From an uncultured Thermococci archaeon (GTDB taxonomy: Archaea; Methanobacteriota_B; Thermococci; Thermococcales; Thermococcaceae), in contig CAZAPD010000014.1 of the NCBI GenBank assembly GCA_964487115.1, positions 1-27,658 of the forward strand: a stretch of 27,658 bases of DNA, written 5' to 3'. The translations under genes were made by a program, and so were the position numbers. Below are positions 8,528 through 16,464 of the stretch, one piece after another. Each line of letters begins with the position of its first letter. Position 1 is the stretch's first letter. Under the pieces are notes generated by a model. That model saw only the letters and a program-made list of their open reading frames with translations, ran no database searches and was not told the origin of the DNA.

Positions 8528-9099
8528 CCCTCTCCCTCCGTCCAGACGATTTTGCACTCATCGGATGATAGAAACGTGACATAGTCTCTCTCTATGCTTT
8601 TGCTTTCTCCGTTCTTTGTTATTTCCGCGGAATAATGATACTTGCATGCAACGAGCTCTATATTCGCCATGGCACATTTGGGATCACTTATCTCAAGTTT
8701 TGAAAAGTCAACTGCCTGATAGAGAGCTTTGTGAAGCTCAATTAGAGATTCATTATCGACAATCCCCAAGTCGAAGTAATCTAAAATCGGCTGTTCATTT
8801 TTTACAGCATTATAATAAGCCTTAATAACCTCTGGAGCTTTTTGGAGGCACTCTTGCATTTTCGGTGGAACGAGAGACATATTTACGGCGTATGTCTCGT
8901 TAAATATCTCAACTTTTTCAATGCCCTTTTTGAGCTGAGGTGTTTGGGTTTCTGTTGCAGTAGATGTCTGAGCTGTGGATGATGTTTCAACTTCCTTGGA
9001 TTGGCTTTGAGTTGGCATGAGCTGTTCTTTTTGAGTGCATCCGCTTATGAGCAGTATTGCCACAAGAAGGAGTATGGAGATGTAAGTTTTTATTTTCAT
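8524..9099 (-). CDS. Lipoprotein with a Ser/Thr linker and a possible NTF2-like domain
   Basis: MKIKTYISILLLVAILLISGC lipobox; GAGGAGG RBS at about 9113-9120 (start ATG 9099 or GTG 9105); PEVIKAYYNAV helix followed by a beta-meander; four further Cys residues. Confidence 0.8.
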   Translation of the reverse strand: MKIKTYISILLLVAILLISGCTQKEQLMPTQSQSKEVETSSTAQTSTATETQTPQLKKGIEKVEIFNETYAVNMSLVPPKMQECLQKAPEVIKAYYNAVKNEQPILDYFDLGIVDNESLIELHKALYQAVDFSKLEISDPKCAMANIELVACKYHYSAEITKNGESKSIERDYVTFLSSDECKIVWTEGEG

Positions 9100-9163
9100 T
9101 TTCACAAGATCATCCTCCTCATGTGGGAGAATTAACATTAATCCACCGCAGAAACCCCACCAC

Positions 9164-9568
9164 CTACAATATATTGCCCTCTCTGCTCTTCATTTTTTCA
9201 TACTTCGCTTCGGTAAGACGTATCTTAACCTTGTCCTTTGGCTCAATGCGCAGCGTCCGTGCTTCGTAATCCTCACGGTCTTCCCACCAGCTTCTCTCCT
9301 CCTCTTCCTCATCATAATATTCATAGTGGAGGATGTACTCAATCTCGATAACTGTTTTCTTTGACTTCCTAAATAATCCAACCTCTACCTCCCTTTCTGT
9401 AACTCTGTTTATTTCATACCATTCATTACCAACGTGTATTTCCGGACTGTATGACTGCAGTTTACTCCATTTCTTAAAAAGCTCTTCTCCAGTCAGTTCA
9501 AATTCAACATGCTTTAGATTTTTGGCAATTTTTGCGGCGGCATTTTTCATCTTATCTAAAAATCCCAT
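9164..9568 (-). CDS. Hypothetical cytoplasmic/peripheral protein (~134 aa)
   Basis: MGFLDKMKNAAAKIAK amphipathic N-terminal helix and acidic EEEEE patch; GGGGTGGTG RBS upstream. Confidence 0.75.
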   Translation of the reverse strand: MGFLDKMKNAAAKIAKNLKHVEFELTGEELFKKWSKLQSYSPEIHVGNEWYEINRVTEREVEVGLFRKSKKTVIEIEYILHYEYYDEEEEERSWWEDREDYEARTLRIEPKDKVKIRLTEAKYEKMKSREGNIL

Positions 9569-9802
9569 TTTTTTCACCACCCCAACCCCCGGAAGGTAGC
9601 AGGTATTACATGTGTATCTTACTTCCTTACTAAGTCACTTAGGGTTTATTTGCTTTTCTCCAATGAATATTTGAACGGATAGATTGCTTATGTTAAGATG
9701 CCATCATTTAAAATTTCCTTAAAGGTTGTAGAAAGACTTCCCATACTGGGATATTTTTGATCAATTTAAAGTACTGGCTATCCATTCAAGATATCATTAT
9801 AA

Positions 9803-9846
9803 TTGACTCCTCCCTACCCTGAATGGCCGAGCTTTCAAAAAAAAAG
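9803..9846. mobile_element. Degenerate IS200/IS605-family end (MITE-like remnant)
   Basis: TTGACTCCTCCCTACCCTGAATGGCCGAGCTTTC followed by an A-run resembles the GACTCCTCCCCGCCCTGAAGGGCGAGG-type subterminal hairpin of archaeal IS200/IS605 elements. No transposase nearby. Confidence 0.5.
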
Positions 9847-9898
9847 TAAGGAACACCGGAAGCCAAAGGGTGCAGTAAGAACATGCTCATGCATGACC

Positions 9899-9915
9899 GA
9901 TAAATTTTTATATAC
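9899..9915 (+). promoter_or_regulatory. BRE/TATA promoter of the ArsR operon
   Basis: GATAAATTTTTATATAC about 60 bp upstream of ATG 9974. Confidence 0.65.
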
Positions 9916-9930
9916 TAAATACACTAATTA

Positions 9931-9962
9931 AGTACAGAAAAATGTACTACAAAAATCTGTAC
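9931..9962. promoter_or_regulatory. Tandem palindromic operator candidate (2 x TACA-N6-TGTA)
   Basis: TACA-GAAAAA-TGTA (9933-9946) and TACA-AAAATC-TGTA (9948-9961), 15-bp period, lying between the TATA box and the RBS. Confidence 0.65.
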
Positions 9963-9973
9963 CTGGTGGTAGC

Positions 9974-10384
9974 ATGGAAAAAGATCTGAGAGCTCAGCTT
10001 GAGGAGCTGAAGAAAAGGCTGGAGGTGCTAGAGGAGAGCATTGATCCCGTTGATGAGGTCATGCTTTCCATAAAGGTACGTCTCAGGAAAAAGCTTGAAG
10101 CTGGAAGCCTTGAGCTTGATGAAGTTAAAGCCTCACAAATTCTCAAAAGCCTCGCAAATCCAGACAGGATAAGGATTCTCAAGATGCTTGGAAATAAGTC
10201 TATGACATTTAAAGAGATAAAAGAGGCTCTTGGAGTTGAGAGTCCGACCGTTTCTCATCATCTTAAGCTCCTGAAGAGAACCGGAATGATAAGAAGCGGT
10301 GAAGGATATGAAATTACTGAGAATGGACGTTTGCTTTTGCGTTTGCTTGAGATAATAACTGCCCTCGGGGAGGTGGAAGAATGA
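9974..10384 (+). CDS. ArsR/SmtB-family winged-helix transcriptional regulator with an N-terminal coiled coil
   Basis: LKSLANPDRIRILKML...MTFKEIKEALGVESPTVSHHLKLLKRTGMI...YEITENG; N-terminal LRAQLEELKKRLEVLEE. Confidence 0.92.
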   Translation: MEKDLRAQLEELKKRLEVLEESIDPVDEVMLSIKVRLRKKLEAGSLELDEVKASQILKSLANPDRIRILKMLGNKSMTFKEIKEALGVESPTVSHHLKLLKRTGMIRSGEGYEITENGRLLLRLLEIITALGEVEE

Positions 10385-11676
10385 ATTTTGAATGGAAGGT
10401 TGAAAATGAGAGCCCAAGATTTAGGATCGCTGAGTATCTAAAAGGCATTACCGCACTCATGCTAATCCTCTGGCTGTTTAAAGGGCCGCTGAAGTTAAAA
10501 GAATACAACGATTATATAGTCTATGTAATAGTTGCCCTTATATTTGCATTTGAGTTGCTAAGTGTTGGCAAATGGTTTGGGATAACTCTGAGTGGAGCAA
10601 TATTTGCACTTGCCAAGGGTTCCTTCTGGACGAGCGTCTTTCTGTTCTTTGGAAAATGGCTTGGCATGAGCAGGGAGCTCTACAGCTATGCAGGAACAGC
10701 CTTTGCCTATGCAGTAGTCCTGTCAATAGCGGGCATTTTGATGGCCAGATTTGATGAGAGGAGAATGGATATTAAGGTTGAGAAGAAGGCCTATGAGTTC
10801 AATGGAGCAGATTTCGGAGATGTTAGGCTGAGTGGAAAGGGAAAAGTATACCCCATCAAATTCGGCAGAAGAAACGTTGGATGGATAATAGAGGGCGAGG
10901 TTTCAGTTGAAGCCGAAACCCCCCTTGGCAGTGTTACCAAAAAGCTCTTATCCCCTGTTGCAGTATGGACACGAGAAAGGATAGCAGGAAAGAAGACTTC
11001 TCCAAATCCCAATTTTGTGACAAAAGCAAATGGACTCATGAATCCCGAAAGGCTTTACAGGGGGAGAAAAAAGAATAGTATTATCGATCTCGGCTTCCTT
11101 AAGGTTTATGAGGGTGAAGATTTTGAATACGTCAAGCTACCGTTCATAGAGGTTATAGAAACACCGAGTGGTGAGGAGGTGAAGGTGGGACCGATACACA
11201 TCCGCGAGGGTAAGCCTTCAATGCCTCCCAGAGAAATGCTCACTATAAAGGAGCTAACTAACGGATTCCAGCTTACAAAGATTGACCAAAGACTCAGAAT
11301 TCAAACGGATGAATACTCCATAGAAGTCAATGGAGACAAAGTGCTTTACAGAAGTGGAAATGAGAGTCTTTCCCTTGGAAAGGATCATGTTTCACTCCGT
11401 TCGGGGGATGTATCCATAACCGTGGGTAGAGGTAGGGCAAAAATACGCATCGAAGATGTTGTAATCTCCGCCCATGAAGGAAAGGTACGGATAAGGGTTG
11501 GTGGAAAAACCCATACAATAGAAAACAAAGATGCTTACCGTCTTGTAATAAAAAAAGCAAAGGAGATAGTAGAAGAGCAGAGCATCGAGCTGATAGAAGG
11601 GTTTGGTATAGATAGAACGCGCCTCAACAGACGTGTTAAGGAGCTCCTTGATGAGCTTATGAATTACATTCGGTGA
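10381..11676 (+). CDS. Membrane protein: about 4 N-terminal TM helices, a large beta-rich soluble region and a C-terminal helical pair
   Basis: Hydrophobic segments in residues ~20-120; repeated short beta-strands (VSLRSGDVSITVGRGRAKIRIEDVVISA); ATGA overlap with arsR. Confidence 0.85.
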   Translation: MNFEWKVENESPRFRIAEYLKGITALMLILWLFKGPLKLKEYNDYIVYVIVALIFAFELLSVGKWFGITLSGAIFALAKGSFWTSVFLFFGKWLGMSRELYSYAGTAFAYAVVLSIAGILMARFDERRMDIKVEKKAYEFNGADFGDVRLSGKGKVYPIKFGRRNVGWIIEGEVSVEAETPLGSVTKKLLSPVAVWTRERIAGKKTSPNPNFVTKANGLMNPERLYRGRKKNSIIDLGFLKVYEGEDFEYVKLPFIEVIETPSGEEVKVGPIHIREGKPSMPPREMLTIKELTNGFQLTKIDQRLRIQTDEYSIEVNGDKVLYRSGNESLSLGKDHVSLRSGDVSITVGRGRAKIRIEDVVISAHEGKVRIRVGGKTHTIENKDAYRLVIKKAKEIVEEQSIELIEGFGIDRTRLNRRVKELLDELMNYIR

Positions 11677-12529
11677 TGGGGATGCAAATAGAGTTCAAAC
11701 ATGAAGCAGAAGGCATTGAAAAAATTACAGTTACATCCAAGGGTGCAGATCTGAAAATTGAAGAATGGAACGGGAGATTCATCAAAGTCACAAATATGAG
11801 GGCACTAAGAAACAATAGGAAACTCATCCTACTGGCTGAGGGCGAGGATTCTATGCTTAAGGTTCCCGGAAACATTCCTCTAAGCATTCATGTGCTTGGT
11901 GGTGATGTGGAAGCAGGCAACTGCAGGGTCAGGGAGATTATCCTTAATGGAGGAGATGCTCTGCTGGACAACATTAAGCTTGAAACTGCAAAGATAATGA
12001 GCGGCGATTTGAAGGTATCTTTTGGAGAAATAGATGGAGATGTTTCCATAACTGCCAACAACGGAGATGTCATGCTGTTCCTTGGAGAAGAATTTGATGT
12101 GGATGTGAAATTCAGAGGAATCAACGGTGGCTTGAAATTGATAGGCCTCAACGAAAAGGAGATACATGGAGGTATATTTGAAATCAATGCCTCTGTCATC
12201 AACGGGGAATTAGTAATCTACCGTGGAGAACATGAAAAAATTGAGCCGCAGAGAAGTAAGCTCCATCTGAATGAAGGAAGTTCATACATTGCCGCTGGAG
12301 AAAACTGGGCAGAGATAAGGATCGATGAGGTAATGATCTCAGCAAAGAAAGGAACAGTTGTCATTGACACCGGAAGTGGAAGGCATGAGGTAACTAATCC
12401 AGATGCATTCAACCTGATATCAAAGTGGTGTAAGAGAAATAATTGAAAACTACAGTGATGACAGGAAAAGAGCTGTTAGAGAGCGAGCTTGAAAGGCTCA
12501 TAGATGACCTCATGGAGTATATGGGGTGA
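11673..12529 (+). pseudogene. DUF4097/Toastrack-like beta-repeat protein whose C-terminal tail is interrupted by two +1 indels
   Basis: GGD/NGD/NGE strand repeats; the ORF stops at 12446. Removing one A at 12422-12424 and one at 12466-12469 gives ...AFNLISSGVREIIENYSDDRKELLESELERLIDDLMEYMG* (stop 12527-12529), which aligns with the C-terminus of the upstream 431-aa protein. Confidence 0.7.
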
Positions 12530-12643
12530 TTGTGATGGAAATTGTAGCTGCTGGAGATAGTGGAAAAAACATTACTCCACGAAAGGCTGTGAAAAGAAAA
12601 AAGCCGCTTTCCACCTGCAACTTTATCTCCCGGAGGGATCAGT

Positions 12644-13309
12644 ATGATGTTTGAAAACATAAGGGAAGTTGAAATAAACTCTGTCAATGGGGAGATCAAC
12701 ATTGAGGCATGGGATAACAATTATGCTGAGGTTAGTTATATCCCCCATGGAGAAGTGGAAGTAGAGATTGAAGAAGAAAATGGCAAGCTTATAGTCAGAG
12801 AGAAACCTAAGAAAAGAAAAATCCTGGGAATCTTCTCCAAATCTTCCAATGGATGGGCTGAAATAGAAATCAGGATTCCAAAGGGCATTCCGGTAAAAGC
12901 CAGAAACGTTAATGGCGAGCTAAAAGCCAGAGGTGTAACATTCAAGGAGGCCATAACAGTAAATGGAACTCTGGAAATTGAAGGATACAGTGCAGAGAGA
13001 CTGAGTTCAGTAAACGGATTCATCAAGGCTCATTTAGCAATTGCCGGCCCGTTAAACGTTGCAACAGTAAACGGAAGTATTGAAGTAACTATAGAAGAAC
13101 TTGAGGGTAACGTCACTCTCGGAACTGTTAATGGAGATGTTAAACTTTACCTCACAGACTTCTGTGATGCAAAGATATCAGTGAAAAAGAGAGTGAATGG
13201 AAATATAGAACTGGTCGGTATAGATGAGGAAGAGCCTGTTATTGGTACCGGAACATTCGAGGTGAGTGTTGGTACGGTCAATGGTGATGTAAGGGTAGAA
13301 CTGATCTGA
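12644..13309 (+). CDS. DUF4097 (Toastrack/putative adhesin) beta-strand repeat protein
   Basis: Repeated (S/T)VNG(E/D/S) motifs: INSVNGEI, RNVNGEL, ITVNGTL, SSVNGFI, ATVNGSI, GTVNGDV, RVNGNI, GTVNGDV; GGAGG RBS. Confidence 0.9.
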   Translation: MMFENIREVEINSVNGEINIEAWDNNYAEVSYIPHGEVEVEIEEENGKLIVREKPKKRKILGIFSKSSNGWAEIEIRIPKGIPVKARNVNGELKARGVTFKEAITVNGTLEIEGYSAERLSSVNGFIKAHLAIAGPLNVATVNGSIEVTIEELEGNVTLGTVNGDVKLYLTDFCDAKISVKKRVNGNIELVGIDEEEPVIGTGTFEVSVGTVNGDVRVELI

Positions 13310-13358
13310 TGTTATTTTTTGTTTAATACTTTATACAGAACTAAGGGGGTTAGCAGAG

Positions 13359-14597
13359 ATGCTCAAAGAATTGGGCCGGAATTTCTGGCTTTATACTGTC
13401 GGAAGGTGGATATCACAGGCTGGCTGGGTTATCCAGGATGTTGCGGTTCCGCTCTACGTGCTCGATAAAACTGGCAGTGGTGCTATGATGGGCCTCTTCG
13501 TAATAGCGGAGCTAACTCCAAGACTGATCATGAATCCCATAGCTGGAGTAATCGGAGACAGATACAACAGGAAGCACCTGATGGTTGGATTTGATCTGGC
13601 GAGAGGTGTTCTGCTCTTCGGTGTCATAGCATTTAATCTGCTTAACATTCACCAACTGCTCATGATCCAGGTTCTCATGAGTATTATGGGCTCATTCTTT
13701 TCTGCCGGGATATCAGGGATGTTCCCTGACTTAGTAAGAAAGGATCAGCTCGCTCAGGCCAATTCAACGCTCCAGAGCGGTGGACAGATCATAAGGATCA
13801 TTGGTCCTATACTCGGCGGTCTAATCTATGCCCTCGGTGGGATAAGGTTGGCGATTTTCATCAACGCAGTTAGTTTCTCCGGCTCCGGTCTCTTTGAAAT
13901 GCTGATCGAGTACCACTGGAAAACACGGAAAATCTCAGACATCAGTGAAATATGGGACGACATGCTGGAGGGATTCAGATTCATAAGGAGTTCAAGGAAC
14001 CTACTCGTGCTGGTTAGCTTTGCGGTTATTCTCAACACACTCCTAAATCCCGTCTTCATAGTGATACTGCCCTATCTTTCAAGAGTAACTCTACGCCTCT
14101 CATCGGTTCAGTTCGGCAGCGTCCAAACAGCGGCAACAATTGGAGCTTTGACTGGAAATCTTCTTATAGCAGGAAAGTTCAAAGAAAGCTCAGAGAGGCA
14201 TCTCTTCAAAGCGCTCTTCGGTCAGCTTGCAGTTATGTTCCTTCTCGCTCCCGTTGCACTCCCTGCATTCAGGAGTATAGCATACCTCATGCTTCCCATA
14301 ATCTTTGTGGTCTTTGGAATCTTTAACACCCTCGTCAATATACCTATCTTTGCCAAGCTCCAGAAAGTCGTGCCGAATGAGGTACGTTCGAGATTCTTTT
14401 CAGCCTTTGAAACCATGATAATGGCTACAACCCCTCTGGGGATGGCAGTAATAGGATTCCTTCTCGATATCGTGGATATATGCACCCTAACCACAGTACT
14501 TGTTGCCCTCAGTTTCTTGATTTCAGCCTACTACTACATTAATTTCAGACAAAGCGTCATAAATCTGGGTTCTGATATTGAGGGGGTGATTGCGTGA
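13359..14597 (+). CDS. MFS transporter (DHA3/MefA-like exporter)
   Basis: About 12 TM helices; MFS motif A AGVIGDRYNRK; QLAQANS, GPILGG and EVRSRFFS motifs. Confidence 0.92.
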   Translation: MLKELGRNFWLYTVGRWISQAGWVIQDVAVPLYVLDKTGSGAMMGLFVIAELTPRLIMNPIAGVIGDRYNRKHLMVGFDLARGVLLFGVIAFNLLNIHQLLMIQVLMSIMGSFFSAGISGMFPDLVRKDQLAQANSTLQSGGQIIRIIGPILGGLIYALGGIRLAIFINAVSFSGSGLFEMLIEYHWKTRKISDISEIWDDMLEGFRFIRSSRNLLVLVSFAVILNTLLNPVFIVILPYLSRVTLRLSSVQFGSVQTAATIGALTGNLLIAGKFKESSERHLFKALFGQLAVMFLLAPVALPAFRSIAYLMLPIIFVVFGIFNTLVNIPIFAKLQKVVPNEVRSRFFSAFETMIMATTPLGMAVIGFLLDIVDICTLTTVLVALSFLISAYYYINFRQSVINLGSDIEGVIA

Positions 14598-15847
14598 GCC
14601 TCAATAGAAACTTCTGGCTTTTTGCAATCGGACGCTTTGTATCCCAAGTTGGCTGGGCGGTACAGGAGGTTGCTTTGCCACTTTACATCCTCGACAAAAC
14701 CCACAGCGGTTCAATGATGACACTCTTCGTACTGGCCGACATAGTTCCATCACTTATAATCATGCCTTTCGCAGGAGTTATTGGCGACAGGTACAACCGC
14801 AAGAGGCTCATGGTATGGTTTGATATCCTCCGTGGAATTCTTCTCTTCAGCATCATAACCTTTAATTTACTTGAAATCTACCAGCTCTTAGCTGTTCAGG
14901 TCATCATGGCAATTATGGGGACGTTCTTCGGTGCAGCAACCAGTGCAATGTTCCCTGACCTTGTCGAATCTGATGAGCTTGAGAGAGCAAACTCTGCTGT
15001 TAGCTCCTTCTCAATAATAGCCCGTCTCATCGGTCCTGCTCTCGGTGGAGTCATATATGCCTTTGGAGGGATAAAGCTTGCACTTTTAATAAATGCGATC
15101 AGTTTCTTTGGTTCTGGTCTCTTTGAGGCGCTTATACACTACGAATGGAAAACGAGAAAAATAGAGAACATGAGAGAGGTAATTATAGACCTCAAGGAAG
15201 GACTCTCCTTTCTCAGATCAAGTCATTACCTGATGGTGCTCATGGGCTTTGCTCTTTTTATGAATGCAGTCGGTCAGCCCTTCGGAGCGGTTATAATGCC
15301 CTATGCCTTCAGGGAGGTCCTAAAATTCACAAGTCAGCAGTTTGGTCTGTTAGAGAGCTTCTTCATGGGTGGCATGCTTCTTGGCAATCTTCTCGTTGCA
15401 ATAAAACTTGGTAGAAAAGCTGGAAAATACTTCTTTAAAGCACTGGTATTCAATGGAGTCATGATACTGGCCTTCATCTGGGTGATTTCACCACAAGCCA
15501 GGCTCTCCAGAGATATGGCCTTTCTGACTCTGGCAGGCGTTGGAGTGTTCTGGGGCATAAGCAATGCAGTTGTTAATATCCCCCTTCAGGCGAAAATTCA
15601 GCGTGCCATCCCTACAGAGTTGAGGGGTAGGGTATTCTCCGCCCTAGCACTTCTTGTGAACATCTCTTCGCCACTTGGCCTCATTGCAGTCGGACCGCTC
15701 ATAGACCGCTACTCAGCATGGTCGGTTTCACTCGGTGTGTGGATTATTCAGGGTATGGTAGTGGCCTATTACTACATTAAACACAGAGAAGCTTTGCTTC
15801 AGGAGCAGGAATATGGGGGAGGACAAACGGGAAACAAAGCTATTTAA
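14594..15847 (+). CDS. MFS transporter (DHA3/MefA-like exporter), paralog of the preceding gene
   Basis: AGVIGDRYNRK, ELERANS, GPALGG and ELRGRVFS motifs; GTGA start/stop overlap. Confidence 0.92.
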   Translation: MSLNRNFWLFAIGRFVSQVGWAVQEVALPLYILDKTHSGSMMTLFVLADIVPSLIIMPFAGVIGDRYNRKRLMVWFDILRGILLFSIITFNLLEIYQLLAVQVIMAIMGTFFGAATSAMFPDLVESDELERANSAVSSFSIIARLIGPALGGVIYAFGGIKLALLINAISFFGSGLFEALIHYEWKTRKIENMREVIIDLKEGLSFLRSSHYLMVLMGFALFMNAVGQPFGAVIMPYAFREVLKFTSQQFGLLESFFMGGMLLGNLLVAIKLGRKAGKYFFKALVFNGVMILAFIWVISPQARLSRDMAFLTLAGVGVFWGISNAVVNIPLQAKIQRAIPTELRGRVFSALALLVNISSPLGLIAVGPLIDRYSAWSVSLGVWIIQGMVVAYYYIKHREALLQEQEYGGGQTGNKAI

Positions 15848-16355
15848 TCTCTTTCAGCTCCCCCTCCTTCTTTTCTATTGCCCTCGCCATGAGGAAGAGC
15901 AGGTCACTGAGTCTGTTGAGATACACAAGGGCATTCCGACCAAAACCATATTCAATAACAAGCCTTGCAACAGCTCTCTCCGCTCTTCTGGCTACTGCGC
16001 GGCAAACATCGAGCTTGGCACTTGCGAGAGTTGAACCCGGCAGAACAAAAGCCTTAAGCTGTACTTCTGCCTCGTAAGTATGAATGAGATCTTCCAGCCA
16101 TTTAACTTCGCCTTCACCAACCTTTGAATATTCCCCCTTGCTGGCTATTTCCGCCATCAAATCATAGAGCTGAACCTGAATTTTTTCAAGAACTCTGCCC
16201 ATCTCATCAGGTACATAGTGCTTAGCTTCACCAAGAAAGCTATCCAGTTCATCTATGCTACCATTGGCTTCCATAGCCGGCGAGAACTTAGCTACCCTCT
16301 CTCCAGTGAAGAGTCCGGTTAGACCTTTATCTCCAGCCTTTGTTGTTATTGCCAT
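15840..16355 (-). CDS. pduO: ATP:cob(I)alamin adenosyltransferase, PduO type
   Basis: MAITTKAGDKGLTGLFTGERVAK, GSIDELDS, FVLPG, CRAVARRAER and YLNRLSDLLF motifs; GAGGTGA RBS before ATG 16355. Confidence 0.93.
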   Translation of the reverse strand: MAITTKAGDKGLTGLFTGERVAKFSPAMEANGSIDELDSFLGEAKHYVPDEMGRVLEKIQVQLYDLMAEIASKGEYSKVGEGEVKWLEDLIHTYEAEVQLKAFVLPGSTLASAKLDVCRAVARRAERAVARLVIEYGFGRNALVYLNRLSDLLFLMARAIEKKEGELKEIK

Positions 16356-16417
16356 AATAATCACCTCTACCATCTATCAACTTGAGATTTATTAGTTTAC
16401 TCCTTTCGATATTTAAT

Positions 16418-16433
16418 GGAAAAGGATTTATAC
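16418..16433 (+). promoter_or_regulatory. BRE/TATA promoter
   Basis: GGAAAAGGATTTATAC about 30 bp upstream of ATG 16465. Confidence 0.6.
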
Positions 16434-16464
16434 TTAAATTTCCTTCTAAAAACTTGGTGGTTCC

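Noticed and set aside
12535..12654. 39-codon ORF (MEIVAAGDSGKN...) with a GGGGTGA RBS between the two DUF4097-like genes
   Set aside because: No recognisable motif; it may be a decayed remnant, and support is too weak to call it a gene.
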